Made by a program: the position numbers and the translations under genes. Shown here in pieces: positions 39,062-49,077 of a DNA stretch of 64,000 bases (position 1 is its first letter; every line of letters begins with the position of its first letter). Origin of the DNA: Candidatus Sysuiplasma jiujiangense (GTDB lineage Archaea; Thermoplasmatota; Thermoplasmata; Sysuiplasmatales; Sysuiplasmataceae); NCBI GenBank assembly GCA_019721075.1, contig JAHEAD010000004.1:1-64000 (forward strand), in the 5' to 3' direction. The notes beneath the pieces are model-generated. The model worked only from the letters and a program-made list of their open reading frames with translations, was not told the DNA's origin and made no database searches.

Positions 39062-41608
39062 CTATTTTCTCTTCCTGGTGACCTTCCCCTTTGCCCCTGC
39101 GTCTGTAAATTTCTTCAGCAGAGAATCGACTGACGCTCTCAGCTCCCTGACATCCGAACGAACTCTGTCCATCTCATCGCGCAATTTCCTCTCCGAATCA
39201 TTTCCTGCACCGCCCTTAATCCTGGTTATCGCGTCATATGCCCTTCTTCTCAGTCTTCCATCCCGTTCTCTTTCAATGAGTGTTTCAAGCTCCGGAATAG
39301 CATCTCTGCTTCCTGCTATCTCGGCAGCTTCGATTGCAGCCTGCCTGTATCTCAGTTCTCCGTCCTTCAGCTGTCTGTAGATGAATTGCCTGACCCTTTT
39401 GTCCTCTTTCCCGAGTTCAGCCACCGTTCTTATAGCAGCACTCCTGACCCTCCATCCGTAGTTCCCCAGGGTGAACTGTTTCAGGAATTCGATATCGTCT
39501 TTATCCCCGAACTCAGTAAAGGAGTTAATCGCAGCCTGTCTTATCACATCGAGGTGCGACGGTATTTCGATTGCCTTCCTGATGACATCGTCTCTTTCGG
39601 CCACATCGATTTTTGCAAATGCGGTCACTGCTTCAGATGCGACTGCGTAGCTGTCGTCGTTAAACATCCTCTTCAGTGTTTCGGCGGATGCCCGCTCCCT
39701 GAACATGCCGATCGCTCCGACAACCGCTTTCCTTACTCTCGAGTCCTTCGCATTTGCCGATGAGAGAAGGGCGTCAAACGACTCCTTCCTGTTGATTTTA
39801 CCAAGTGCCTGGGCACAGGCTTCCCCGGCAGCCCAGAAATTATCTCCTTTCAGTTCCGCAGCAAGCGCTTCGCATATCCTTTTCTCGCTTTTCCTTGAAA
39901 GTTCCCTAGCGGCAAGTATTTTTTCGTAAGTTCTTCCCAGCTTCAACTGATAAAGCGCATCTTCTACAGGTCTGCTGAGCTTCAGCTTTTTGAGTATGTC
40001 ATTGTCCGGGTCTATGCTAACAAAAAGCGGCCTTTCGTCCGTCTCAAACTCAAAAATCTCCTCCCTGTCTCTCACTTCCAGTTTTCCGTCTTCTCTTCTT
40101 CCTTCTTTGTAGACGATCGAAAAAGGCAGGTCGATCCTGAACAGCGGTGTCTGTTCGTCGCATTTCTGGACCTGTCTGACGATCACCCTGACCTTTTTCT
40201 CGGATATTTCGTATTTCAGCTCGATTTCAAATTCGGGGAACCCCGCCCTGTACACCCACTGATCGAAGAACCACTGCAAATTTCTGCCAGTGGCCTCCTC
40301 AATCGCCTTTATCAGATCAGATGTCTCGACGTTCCTGAACATGTTATTTTTGCAGTACAGGCTTAGCGATCTGAAAAAGGATTCGTCACCAAGTTCCTTC
40401 CTCAGCATGTGCAGAACGAGTGCACCCTTCTGGTATGTCGTTCTGTCGAACAGCTCAGCCGGAACAAAGTATGAACGCTGGACTATTGGCCTCCTGTAGT
40501 TTTCACTGTCTTCCCTGAAGTAAATTTCGGCTGACTGATCCAGGAATGCACGCATCTCGTCTGCTCCAATGTCATGTTCTCTGAACAGCGCGTCAAAGAA
40601 GGTGGCGAAACCTTCATTAAGCCAGATATTCGACCAGTCCTTCGCTGTAAGAAGGTCTCCCCACCACTGGTGTGCCAGCTCATGAGCAACCAGGCCATGG
40701 CTTGGAAAATCGACTTCAGATCTGGCATCGTGAAGCGTCTCATCTGTCTGGGTGGTGCAGCTTATATTTTCCATTCCGCCCCAGATGAATCCCGAGACTG
40801 CAACCTGAGAGTACTTTTCATAGGGATAATCGACTCCTATTATCCTGGAAAAGAATTCAATCATTTTTGGCGTCTTCCGGAAAGACAATCTCCCTTCCTC
40901 CTCCCTCCCCGGCTGAACGTAGTATGTTACCGGTATGTTCTTCCACTTGTCCTCGATAACTGAAAAAGTGCCAGCCACGATCGAGTTAAGGTAGGTGGAA
41001 TGCGGCGCGCCTTCGCTCCAGTGGAATGTTCTCTTTCTTCTCTTTTTGTCTTCCGACACCTTCAGGAGTCTGCCGTTCGAAATTGCCAACGCGTCCCAAT
41101 CCACTGTTATTGCCATTTCTGTTGTGTATTTCATATTCGGATAGTCGAAACAGGGAAACCAGTAGGCAGAATACTCATCCTCCCCCTGCGACCATGCCTG
41201 AAGCGGTTTCTTCGGGTTGTTATTGTCAGGGGAAATGAAGTAGAGTCCTGCCTCAGGACTGCAGCTGTACATAATGCTGATTTCAACCTTCCTGCGCCCC
41301 TCACCTGATGTGAAGATATGCAACCTGCCTCCGATGTGTTCGAAAGAAGCGTTACGCCCCTGCACCCTGACATTCAAGATTTCCATTTCCCTGGCGTCCA
41401 GGACAATTGCTTCCGGGACAGTGTTGTGAGTGAACTCAATGTCGTATTCTGCGCGGCCTTCGAGCTTCTTTTCCTTCAGATCAACATCAAGGTGCAGTTT
41501 GAGATGGTTGATGCTGAATTCAAGATCCCTTGCATATTGTGATTTGGCAAAAGGAAGCTCAAAACGGCTCTTGATCTCGTGAACTGAGGCTTCGTAATCC
41601 ATATTCAT
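39062..41608 (-). CDS. M1 family aminopeptidase with C-terminal HEAT repeats
   Basis: GGMEN, HELAHQW...WLNEGFA and YQKG; HEAT-like repeats and coiled-coil tail. Confidence 0.93.
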   Translation of the reverse strand: MNMDYEASVHEIKSRFELPFAKSQYARDLEFSINHLKLHLDVDLKEKKLEGRAEYDIEFTHNTVPEAIVLDAREMEILNVRVQGRNASFEHIGGRLHIFTSGEGRRKVEISIMYSCSPEAGLYFISPDNNNPKKPLQAWSQGEDEYSAYWFPCFDYPNMKYTTEMAITVDWDALAISNGRLLKVSEDKKRRKRTFHWSEGAPHSTYLNSIVAGTFSVIEDKWKNIPVTYYVQPGREEEGRLSFRKTPKMIEFFSRIIGVDYPYEKYSQVAVSGFIWGGMENISCTTQTDETLHDARSEVDFPSHGLVAHELAHQWWGDLLTAKDWSNIWLNEGFATFFDALFREHDIGADEMRAFLDQSAEIYFREDSENYRRPIVQRSYFVPAELFDRTTYQKGALVLHMLRKELGDESFFRSLSLYCKNNMFRNVETSDLIKAIEEATGRNLQWFFDQWVYRAGFPEFEIELKYEISEKKVRVIVRQVQKCDEQTPLFRIDLPFSIVYKEGRREDGKLEVRDREEIFEFETDERPLFVSIDPDNDILKKLKLSRPVEDALYQLKLGRTYEKILAARELSRKSEKRICEALAAELKGDNFWAAGEACAQALGKINRKESFDALLSSANAKDSRVRKAVVGAIGMFRERASAETLKRMFNDDSYAVASEAVTAFAKIDVAERDDVIRKAIEIPSHLDVIRQAAINSFTEFGDKDDIEFLKQFTLGNYGWRVRSAAIRTVAELGKEDKRVRQFIYRQLKDGELRYRQAAIEAAEIAGSRDAIPELETLIERERDGRLRRRAYDAITRIKGGAGNDSERKLRDEMDRVRSDVRELRASVDSLLKKFTDAGAKGKVTRKRK

Positions 41609-41777
41609 CGCACCGGTTAAAGTTGGACCGCTTTAAAAACTTATGACGCCTAAATGCGTACAGGAACGTCGCTCATCCCCCCTTTGGCTGATTTCCGGAA
41701 TGCAAATTTGTATCAGGCCATGCACACTGATTAAATATCAGTAGTCTGTTGCAAAAACGCAGACAGAGGTACAGTGT

Positions 41778-42218
41778 ATGTCCAGAATGCATTCCAGTCG
41801 TAAGGGCAAAGCATCATCAAAGAAGCCGGCAGTGACCTCAAGCCCTCAATGGGTTCAGGCTAGCAGGGAGGATGTTACAGATCAGATAATACAGATGGGT
41901 AAACTCGGTAGACCTGCCTCCCAGATAGGGCTTATCATGCGCGATCAGTACGGTGTTCCGAATGTCAAGCTGCTTACAGGCAAGCCTATCATACAGATTC
42001 TGGAGGAAGCAGGCATTAAGCCTCAACTTCCAGAAGATCTTGGCTCTCTTATTGAAAGGGTCAAAACGGTATCAGTACACACAAATGAAAACAGGAGCGA
42101 TCATAGCGCAGAGAGGGGTCTCCAGCTGATAGAATCGAAGATCCGCAGGCTTTCCAAATATTATATCAGGGAAGGGGTAATACCTTCGAACTGGAAATAT
42201 TCACCAGAGAGCAAGTGA
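41778..42218 (+). CDS. rps15: 30S ribosomal protein S15 (uS15)
   Basis: MSRMHS.RKGK, IGLIMRDQYGVP and LIESKIRRL motifs. Confidence 0.97.
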   Translation: MSRMHSSRKGKASSKKPAVTSSPQWVQASREDVTDQIIQMGKLGRPASQIGLIMRDQYGVPNVKLLTGKPIIQILEEAGIKPQLPEDLGSLIERVKTVSVHTNENRSDHSAERGLQLIESKIRRLSKYYIREGVIPSNWKYSPESK

Positions 42219-43615
42219 AGATTTTCCAGCGAGTGAAAAACCAGATGACTGACCTTGAACTGCACCGCGTCCTCCAGGAACGGCTGAACGATGCGAAATC
42301 TGCACTTCTGAACTGTAATGGTGAGATAGTAAGGGTGGTAAGCCATTATGATTCCGATGGAATAAGTTCTGCATCAGTTCTCACATTGATGCTGTCCAGG
42401 ATGGGGCTGCCATTCCATGCGACGATGTCCAGGAGCCTGGACAGGCATGTCATCGAAAAACTCAGGAAAGAGCAGAGAAATATCTTCATCTTCTCAGACA
42501 TGGGCAGCGGCCAGCTTGATATGCTGCGGGAACTCAACTCAACAATTATTGTCCTGGATCACCATAAAGCGGTCGGTGACGTTAATGATGGCGATAAAGT
42601 CATTCATGTCAATCCTTCCTTGTTCGGCTCAAACGGAACAACCGAAATCAGCGGCTCAACAACCTGTTTTCTCCTTGCCCAGCATGTGGACAGCAGAAAC
42701 TGGGATGCATCTCCGCAGGCCCTCGCAGGCGCATACGGCGACATGCAGCACCTGGGCGGATTCAAAGGATTGAACGAAGCAATTCTGCAGAACGCCATTC
42801 AGAGGAACGTGCTGTATGGTAGGAAGATGCTGTCCCTCCAGGGATCAAATCTCATAGAATCGCTTAAACTTTCCCCGGAACCGTATTTTACCGGTCTGAC
42901 AGGCAGGGAGGAAAATATAATCAAGTATTTTGGCATGTTTGGCATAGATACCACAAAGCCATATGCCTCTTATGATGCAGACGACGTCAGGAAAGTATCC
43001 AGCGTTCTAATGGCTGTCCTTGCCTCAAACGGCGTTGATTTTGAAAATGTTTCACAGATTATCGCAACCCACTACTTTCTGCCGGGAAGGGAAATCAGCA
43101 TATCGGAACTCTCCAGCCTCGCAAACTCCTGCGGAAGGACGGAAAACTATTCCACCGGCCTTGCATTAGAGCTCGGCGACAGATCCGCGCTCGACGAAGC
43201 GAGGAAGCTCAGAAATGAATATAATTCAAGAATAGTCGAGAGAATGATTCCGCTTGAAGGAGGGATAGAGCAGTTGAACAGTATTCAGTATTTCGGTTCG
43301 GACGACGCCTCTCTGTCCGGGGCGCTCTGCGGCCTGTATATGTCATTTGTTGGAAAAAAGGACAAGCCGACAATTGTATACTCGAAGTCCGGGAGCGAAT
43401 TAAAAATCAGCGCACGGGGAACCAGAAAACTTGTTTCGGAAGGCCTCGATTTGGCAGCCAGTCTGTCAAAATCGGCAGCAGAGTGCGGCGGTCAGGGTGG
43501 AGGGCATGTAATTGCCTCCGGCGCATCTGTTCCTGTCGGCAAGATGGATATTTTCCTCAAAATGGTGGATGAAATTACATCAGAGCAGCTCAAGCGAAAT
43601 GTCAGCGCCACGTAA
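42215..43615 (+). CDS. DHH/DHHA1 family phosphoesterase (RecJ-like)
   Basis: HYDSDG, SDMG, DHH and GGGH motifs; conserved position after rps15. Confidence 0.92.
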   Translation: MKIFQRVKNQMTDLELHRVLQERLNDAKSALLNCNGEIVRVVSHYDSDGISSASVLTLMLSRMGLPFHATMSRSLDRHVIEKLRKEQRNIFIFSDMGSGQLDMLRELNSTIIVLDHHKAVGDVNDGDKVIHVNPSLFGSNGTTEISGSTTCFLLAQHVDSRNWDASPQALAGAYGDMQHLGGFKGLNEAILQNAIQRNVLYGRKMLSLQGSNLIESLKLSPEPYFTGLTGREENIIKYFGMFGIDTTKPYASYDADDVRKVSSVLMAVLASNGVDFENVSQIIATHYFLPGREISISELSSLANSCGRTENYSTGLALELGDRSALDEARKLRNEYNSRIVERMIPLEGGIEQLNSIQYFGSDDASLSGALCGLYMSFVGKKDKPTIVYSKSGSELKISARGTRKLVSEGLDLAASLSKSAAECGGQGGGHVIASGASVPVGKMDIFLKMVDEITSEQLKRNVSAT

Positions 43616-44582
43616 CACTGACCTGATCTGTCCTGTATCTCTGGTTTATCAACGTTTTCTCAAGCGGCATTCTCTGTCCTGAAGAATATGCAAGTATTCC
43701 GTTCCATGCAATCATCACACCGTTGTCAACCAGATATCTGTAGGGGGGCTCATAGACAGCTGCACCACGCTCCCCTGCCATCGTTTTCACCATTTCCACA
43801 AGTCTCCTGTTCCTAGCAACACCTCCCGCAAGCAGTATTTCGTTTTTTTCCGCCTGTGCGACAGCCCTCTCTGTTACTTCTGTAAGCATTGCGAATACCG
43901 TTTCCTGAACTGAGAAACATAGATCCTCTATTCTGCAGCCGTTGTGAAGATGCTGTCTTGCGGCAGTGAGAATCCCGGAGAAAGAAACATCCATCCCCTT
44001 TACAGAATAGGGCAGATCAAGGAGGTCACTGCCTTTAGACGCCAGTTCCTCAATCTTAGGCCCGGCATAGAAACCCAGCCCGGCTATGATGCCGAGTTTG
44101 TCCAGCAGATTTCCAACGCCGATGTCCATTGTTTCACCGAATACCCTGTACCGTCCTCCGGCATAGGCAATAACCTGTGTGTTTCCACCCGAACAGTAAA
44201 GCATCAGCGGATCCTTCGCATCACAGTTCATCCTGCCAATCTCGAGGTGTGCGACGCAGTGATTTACACCAATTATCGGCCTGTCAAGCGACAGTGAAAC
44301 TGCCCTGGCGGCAGTCGCGACTGTTCTAAGACAGGGCCCAAGACCAGGGCCCTGTGAAAAGGCCACAACATCTATCATTTCAGGCAAAATACCTGCGTTT
44401 TCAATGCTCTTCTCGATCAGAGGGACAACGAACTCTGCATGATGGTTGGCAGCCTCCCGAGGGTGTATCCCGCCCTTCGGCGGTCTGTACATGTCACTCG
44501 CCTCTGCAAGGATTTTGCGATCTGATGTCACGATCCCGACACCCACGGTGTGTGCCGTACCTTCAATACCAAGACATATCAC
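43602..44582 (-). CDS. kae1: tRNA N6-adenosine threonylcarbamoyltransferase Kae1 (stand-alone)
   Basis: LGIEGTAHT, GGIHPRE, NHCVAHLE, SGGNTQ and DNGVMIA motifs. Confidence 0.96.
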   Translation of the reverse strand: MICLGIEGTAHTVGVGIVTSDRKILAEASDMYRPPKGGIHPREAANHHAEFVVPLIEKSIENAGILPEMIDVVAFSQGPGLGPCLRTVATAARAVSLSLDRPIIGVNHCVAHLEIGRMNCDAKDPLMLYCSGGNTQVIAYAGGRYRVFGETMDIGVGNLLDKLGIIAGLGFYAGPKIEELASKGSDLLDLPYSVKGMDVSFSGILTAARQHLHNGCRIEDLCFSVQETVFAMLTEVTERAVAQAEKNEILLAGGVARNRRLVEMVKTMAGERGAAVYEPPYRYLVDNGVMIAWNGILAYSSGQRMPLEKTLINQRYRTDQVSVTWR

Positions 44583-44692
44583 GATTCATCATAGGAGTGT
44601 TGCTCTTATAAATATTGCAATTTCGAATACATCCTGGCGGCTTTTGCCAAACTTTATTATTCTGTTGGACGTAATTAATGCAAAGATAAAAT

Positions 44693-45331
44693 ATGATAAA
44701 CGAGACAGATTGCGGCGGAAGCATGACATGCATCGAAGGCACTGGCTCTGAAAAAGGCAAACTGAACGGAGCATCCGATTATCTTGCATCATATGTCGCT
44801 TCGTTGAATACTCCAGAATTGGGAAAGGAGGAGCACATTGCAACAGAGGGGCTGGTCAGAATGATGGAATCAAAGATGGACTTCGGCGAGATATTCAAAA
44901 TTGTGAAGAAGACCGTGTATTCGAAACTCCGGAAGGAAAGGCCGGGCGTCGGTCTGATTCTTGCCAGCCTGCCGAACGAACTCGGTGCATTCTGGGAGAT
45001 TGGCGGAAATTATATTGTTCTCAATTCGACGCTTGTGGACGCAATGCGTGCTGTCAGCAAATATGAAACGGAATTCAATTCATTTATATTCACAATTCTC
45101 GCACACGAATATATACACTCCCTGGGTTACGTCGATGAGCTTGAGGCTAGGAGGCTGACCGCAAGTATAACCGTCAGTTCATTCGGCGAGGGACATCCTG
45201 CCAGCGTCATGGCTTCCGGCGACATATGGGAAATATACCCGTTCCTCAAATTTGTCCGTTCCGGAAATGCGAAAACATTCAGATTTGTCAGGAATTTCGA
45301 CAGCGATCAGACAAGGGATTATATCCGGTAG
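44693..45331 (+). CDS. Hypothetical zincin-like protein (HExxH)
   Basis: ILAHEYIHSLG...DE motif; start uncertain. Confidence 0.7.
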   Translation: MINETDCGGSMTCIEGTGSEKGKLNGASDYLASYVASLNTPELGKEEHIATEGLVRMMESKMDFGEIFKIVKKTVYSKLRKERPGVGLILASLPNELGAFWEIGGNYIVLNSTLVDAMRAVSKYETEFNSFIFTILAHEYIHSLGYVDELEARRLTASITVSSFGEGHPASVMASGDIWEIYPFLKFVRSGNAKTFRFVRNFDSDQTRDYIR

Positions 45332-45470
45332 ATTGAAGTAAATATCACCGGTCGAGACATTGCGGTGCCGCTTATTGTTTATGCTGTGCGTCAGATTTTC
45401 CTGTGCCGGAAGAAAAGAAAGGATGACATATTTTATGGATCGTGAAAAAACCGGAACAGGAATTTTGCCG

Positions 45471-45500
45471 GATCAGACGGCGGTGCCGTCGATCCTTTTT
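45471..45500 (+). terminator. Hairpin plus T-tract, possible terminator
   Basis: GATCA-GACGGC-GGT-GCCGTC-GATC-CTTTTT between convergent genes. Confidence 0.35.
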
Positions 45501-45725
45501 CCAACCCTCGCTCAACCCAGCCACAGATGATACTTCATTGGTGGGGTAGAATCCGAGCCAGCTAACGCAGATGTCTGGTTCAGATAATTATGTGCATGCT
45601 CAGGTGTTTATTTCACCAGCAAGAGGAACGCGCGGTTGCATTTCGAAGGACACAGGTCCTTTGCTGGGCTTTCATCCGGCAACGATGACATTGCCTTAAG
45701 CAGGATTCTGATGTTCTTCCGGGTA

Positions 45726-45959
45726 TCAGGAGGGCGGCTGCTGCTTCTTCAGCAGATAATATCCGGCAGCCTTCTCCCTTGCAATTCTTTTGATAATTCC
45801 CTTCTGTGCAAGGCTCTGCAGCGAATTTGCCACAAGTCCTTTGGGCTTTCCGCACTTCTTCGTAATGTCGTCGGCTGTCCTGATGGCGGTGTCGTTCGTA
45901 GCTCCAAGCTCTTCCATTACCTTGACTATGATTTCCTCAACCGGTGATAATTCGACCAT
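45726..45959 (-). CDS. Small winged-helix DNA-binding protein
   Basis: MVELSPVEE...TADDITKK...LVANSLQSLAQKGIIKR...GYYL; ATG at 45959. Confidence 0.75.
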   Translation of the reverse strand: MVELSPVEEIIVKVMEELGATNDTAIRTADDITKKCGKPKGLVANSLQSLAQKGIIKRIAREKAAGYYLLKKQQPPS

Positions 45960-46153
45960 GTGTGGATCTCCATAAGTATGGATTGACCAAGGGTAATATT
46001 TAACTTGTTTTTCCGCACAACGGCGAAACGGTTCCACTACAGCAGCCGGGCATCTGCGAACTGAATTAGCGATTCCGTGATGCAGCAGATACTGTTGTAA
46101 ACTGACCGATGATAAACTTCTTAAGCTGTACGGAACCTGAAGGTCCTGATATT

Positions 46154-46609
46154 ATGTCTACAGCACTCGTTGAGACAAACATGGGAAACATAAAGATTGA
46201 GCTATTTGACAGTGTAATGCCTTTAACTGCCGGAAATTTCAGGAAACTCGTGGAGAAGAACTTTTACAACGGTGTTATTTTTCACAGAGTGATACCAGGT
46301 TTCATGATTCAGGGAGGCGATCCTACTGGAACCGGAATGGGCGGTCCGGGTTATTCGATCAAGGATGAATTTGCACCGGGCAACAGGAATAACAGAGGAA
46401 CAATTTCCATGGCAAATGCCGGTCCGAATACCGGCGGGAGCCAGTTCTTCATAAATGTGGCAGACAATAACTTCCTCGATTCGAAACATCCGGTTTTCGG
46501 AAGAGTCCTTGAAGGAATGGATACCGTAGACAGGATAAGCAATGTCCTGCGCAACAGGAGTGACAAACCACTGAAGGATGTTGTAATTCAGCGTGTTTCA
46601 ATCCTTTGA
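46154..46609 (+). CDS. ppi: Cyclophilin-type peptidyl-prolyl cis-trans isomerase
   Basis: FHRVIPGFMIQGGDP, SMANAGPNTGGSQFFI and HPVFGRV motifs. Confidence 0.96.
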   Translation: MSTALVETNMGNIKIELFDSVMPLTAGNFRKLVEKNFYNGVIFHRVIPGFMIQGGDPTGTGMGGPGYSIKDEFAPGNRNNRGTISMANAGPNTGGSQFFINVADNNFLDSKHPVFGRVLEGMDTVDRISNVLRNRSDKPLKDVVIQRVSIL

Positions 46610-46843
46610 ATCCTTTTTTAGCCCAATGCGAGTCAGTCTCGAAGTCAACAGGACGGAAAGCATAAGTTTTTCACTGTTTCGCATGACGTCCCTTTGGGAA
46701 GTCACAGTGCTGACTGCTGTATACATCGAAAGGCGTCTGATTCCCTCGTGATGCGGATTGGCGGCAGTACTTTGATGCATCGCATGGTCCAGACCGGGGA
46801 AGGTCCAGTCGATGTGAATGCACTCAAACGCACATTGAAATAT

Positions 46844-47680
46844 TCAATGCGGTTCAATCTTCAGAGAACGGAAGCCATCCAATATGCCGTCATCAGACGC
46901 CAGTTTCAGAAAGGCGGCATAATTCAGGCTCCTGTCTCTCAGCGCCTTCTTCCGGATATCATCTGCACGGGAAGTCATCTTCCGCTTCTTCAGAAAAAAC
47001 AGCGCGATGTCTATATCTCTTATTGAGCCGAGTACCTGCTGCCATTCTGCGAGAGTTTTGAGAGTGGGAGCTATCTTCTTGTTTTCCGGGAAAAGTTCCA
47101 GTGTATATCGCAGTTCCCTTATGTTCTTTCTAAGCCTGTGCAGAGCGTTGGCATCATCCTTTTTGGCGGCAACCATTCTGAGGCTTTCATCGCAAACCGC
47201 TGCATGCTTCTTTAGGACCTTTTCGAATCGGCAGCTCAATATTTTGCTGTTAATCTTATCGGATGAAATGTCTGGAATGCGGGTCTGATTGAGTGAATTT
47301 CCATACTCAAGAACGCCGGGTAAGTGCATCCTCCTCTGTTTTTCAATAAAACGTGATAACTCCGCACTGGTGCCCCTGTCCGCATATGCCGTGATACGCT
47401 CATTGATGATGTCCAGATCTCTTATACAGGCGCTTTTCCTGAAGAGCAGTTTGCATGCTGAAATGTACTCCACCAGCTTGCGTTCATTCCGCATGGATTT
47501 CGGAAGAAGTTCAGAGGCAACTCTCAATTTTCTTATTGCAATCCTCAGATCGTGCATTTCCTCAGCTCCCGGTAGGATGATGAAACTCTCAAGCCTATCC
47601 TGAAGGGATTGTAGATATCGGAAATAGCGCTGCAGGAAAGCAGGCGCTGAAACCTCATATCTGCGTATGGAGATAGTCAT
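46844..47680 (-). CDS. CHAD domain (polyphosphate-binding) protein
   Basis: HDLRIAIRKLR, RDLD, LHRLRKNIRELRYTLE and LGSIRD motifs. Confidence 0.9.
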   Translation of the reverse strand: MTISIRRYEVSAPAFLQRYFRYLQSLQDRLESFIILPGAEEMHDLRIAIRKLRVASELLPKSMRNERKLVEYISACKLLFRKSACIRDLDIINERITAYADRGTSAELSRFIEKQRRMHLPGVLEYGNSLNQTRIPDISSDKINSKILSCRFEKVLKKHAAVCDESLRMVAAKKDDANALHRLRKNIRELRYTLELFPENKKIAPTLKTLAEWQQVLGSIRDIDIALFFLKKRKMTSRADDIRKKALRDRSLNYAAFLKLASDDGILDGFRSLKIEPH

Positions 47681-48380
47681 TTATCCTCCTCTGCAGATCG
47701 GCACTGACTTCAGATATCGGTCTCTCTCCATTGATTTCGTTGATGCCGTATTTCCGCTCTATGCGCCTGAATTCTCTGGCGATCCTTTTCTGGTATCGGA
47801 TGAAGGAGGTATAGAGATTGTCGGCATGCTCTATGTCTCCCCCTGATTCGTAGTAGTCAAGGTAGCCGTATTTCTGGAATATCCGGTGGAAGAGTTCCCC
47901 AGCTTTCACATCAAGATAAAAAGTAAGATCAGGCTTGATTGCAAAGCCGAACAGCCTGTGCGACCAAACCCTGCTTATTCCGCGGACTGCATTCCTCGCC
48001 ATCAGGGTGTAAATATACCTGTCAGCCAGCACAACGTAACCAGCCTTCATGGCAGGTATGATATTGTGTTCCAGTCTGTCTGCAAAATCTGCAGCGTAAA
48101 ATAGAGCGAGCGTCTTGTCTCCAAGGGAAAGATTGCGCTTCGCTTCAAGTATTCCTGGACCAATGAGTTCCGATCTTTTCAGCCCCGTCGTGACAACGGC
48201 ATGGCCCTCTGCCTCGAGCTTGCCCATGATCATTTCGATATTGGTACTTCTGCCGGAACCATCAGGTCCCTCAATAACTATGAGGCGCCCCTTCACTTTT
48301 AGATTCTTGATGTAAGATATGCCTTCATCGTAAAATACGACTGGCCGGGGTCTTATTTTACTGCGTGTTTCTATCTCCAT
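47655..48380 (-). CDS. Thymidylate-kinase-like protein with degenerate P-loop (candidate PPK3 subunit)
   Basis: EGPDGSGRST (Lys replaced by Arg), YAADFADR and ADRYIYT; in a polyP operon. Confidence 0.8.
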   Translation of the reverse strand: MEIETRSKIRPRPVVFYDEGISYIKNLKVKGRLIVIEGPDGSGRSTNIEMIMGKLEAEGHAVVTTGLKRSELIGPGILEAKRNLSLGDKTLALFYAADFADRLEHNIIPAMKAGYVVLADRYIYTLMARNAVRGISRVWSHRLFGFAIKPDLTFYLDVKAGELFHRIFQKYGYLDYYESGGDIEHADNLYTSFIRYQKRIAREFRRIERKYGINEINGERPISEVSADLQRRINDYLHTQI

Positions 48381-49077
48381 CTGCCGACCTCCCGGTTGTT
48401 GTAATGGCTCCGTCAGGAATGAACGGCATTACGCTCTTTCTTACGAGAGCCTGCTGGACCTCTATATCTGTTGTACCGTCGATTATCACAAATCCGTCTT
48501 TGCGCTTCATCAGGTCATACTGCTCCAGTATCCTGCCCTGGAAGATCCTGTAACTCTCATAGGGATCGTTGCTCAGGTTCAAATCCATGCCGGCTTCGTA
48601 ATACTTGAGCTTCGATCTTCCATCGAGTATCCTGTTTATTGCAACTTCCACAGGGACTCGGAAGTACAAAGTGATATCCGGCTGCACAGCAAAACTGTAA
48701 ACTTTTCGCACCCACGATTCGGCGCATCCCCTGACGACATCTCTCGCATATGCAGTGTATATGTATCTGTCTGCCAGGACGAAATAACCTGCCCTGATGA
48801 GCGGAAAAATGTTTCGCTCGTACCTGTCAGCAAAGTCGGTCGCGTGAAGCAGACTGAATGTGGTGGGTGTGAGGAGGTCCTTCTTTTTGCCCTTGGATAT
48901 TATTCCCCTGACCATTTCAGAGGAATTCCATTCTGTCAGGAATGTCCGGAGACCTAGACTTATCAGCCATTTGTCCAGAAGATGAAGTTGAGTGGACTTT
49001 CCCGATCCATCGATTCCTTCGACAACTATCAGTTTTCCATTCCGCCTTGATTGCGGATGCAGTGGCTGAACGCTCAT
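48358..49077 (-). CDS. Thymidylate-kinase-like protein with intact P-loop (candidate PPK3 subunit)
   Basis: EGIDGSGKST, TEWNSS, HATDFADR, ADRYIYT and YYEAG motifs. Confidence 0.82.
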   Translation of the reverse strand: MSVQPLHPQSRRNGKLIVVEGIDGSGKSTQLHLLDKWLISLGLRTFLTEWNSSEMVRGIISKGKKKDLLTPTTFSLLHATDFADRYERNIFPLIRAGYFVLADRYIYTAYARDVVRGCAESWVRKVYSFAVQPDITLYFRVPVEVAINRILDGRSKLKYYEAGMDLNLSNDPYESYRIFQGRILEQYDLMKRKDGFVIIDGTTDIEVQQALVRKSVMPFIPDGAITTTGRSADGDRNTQ

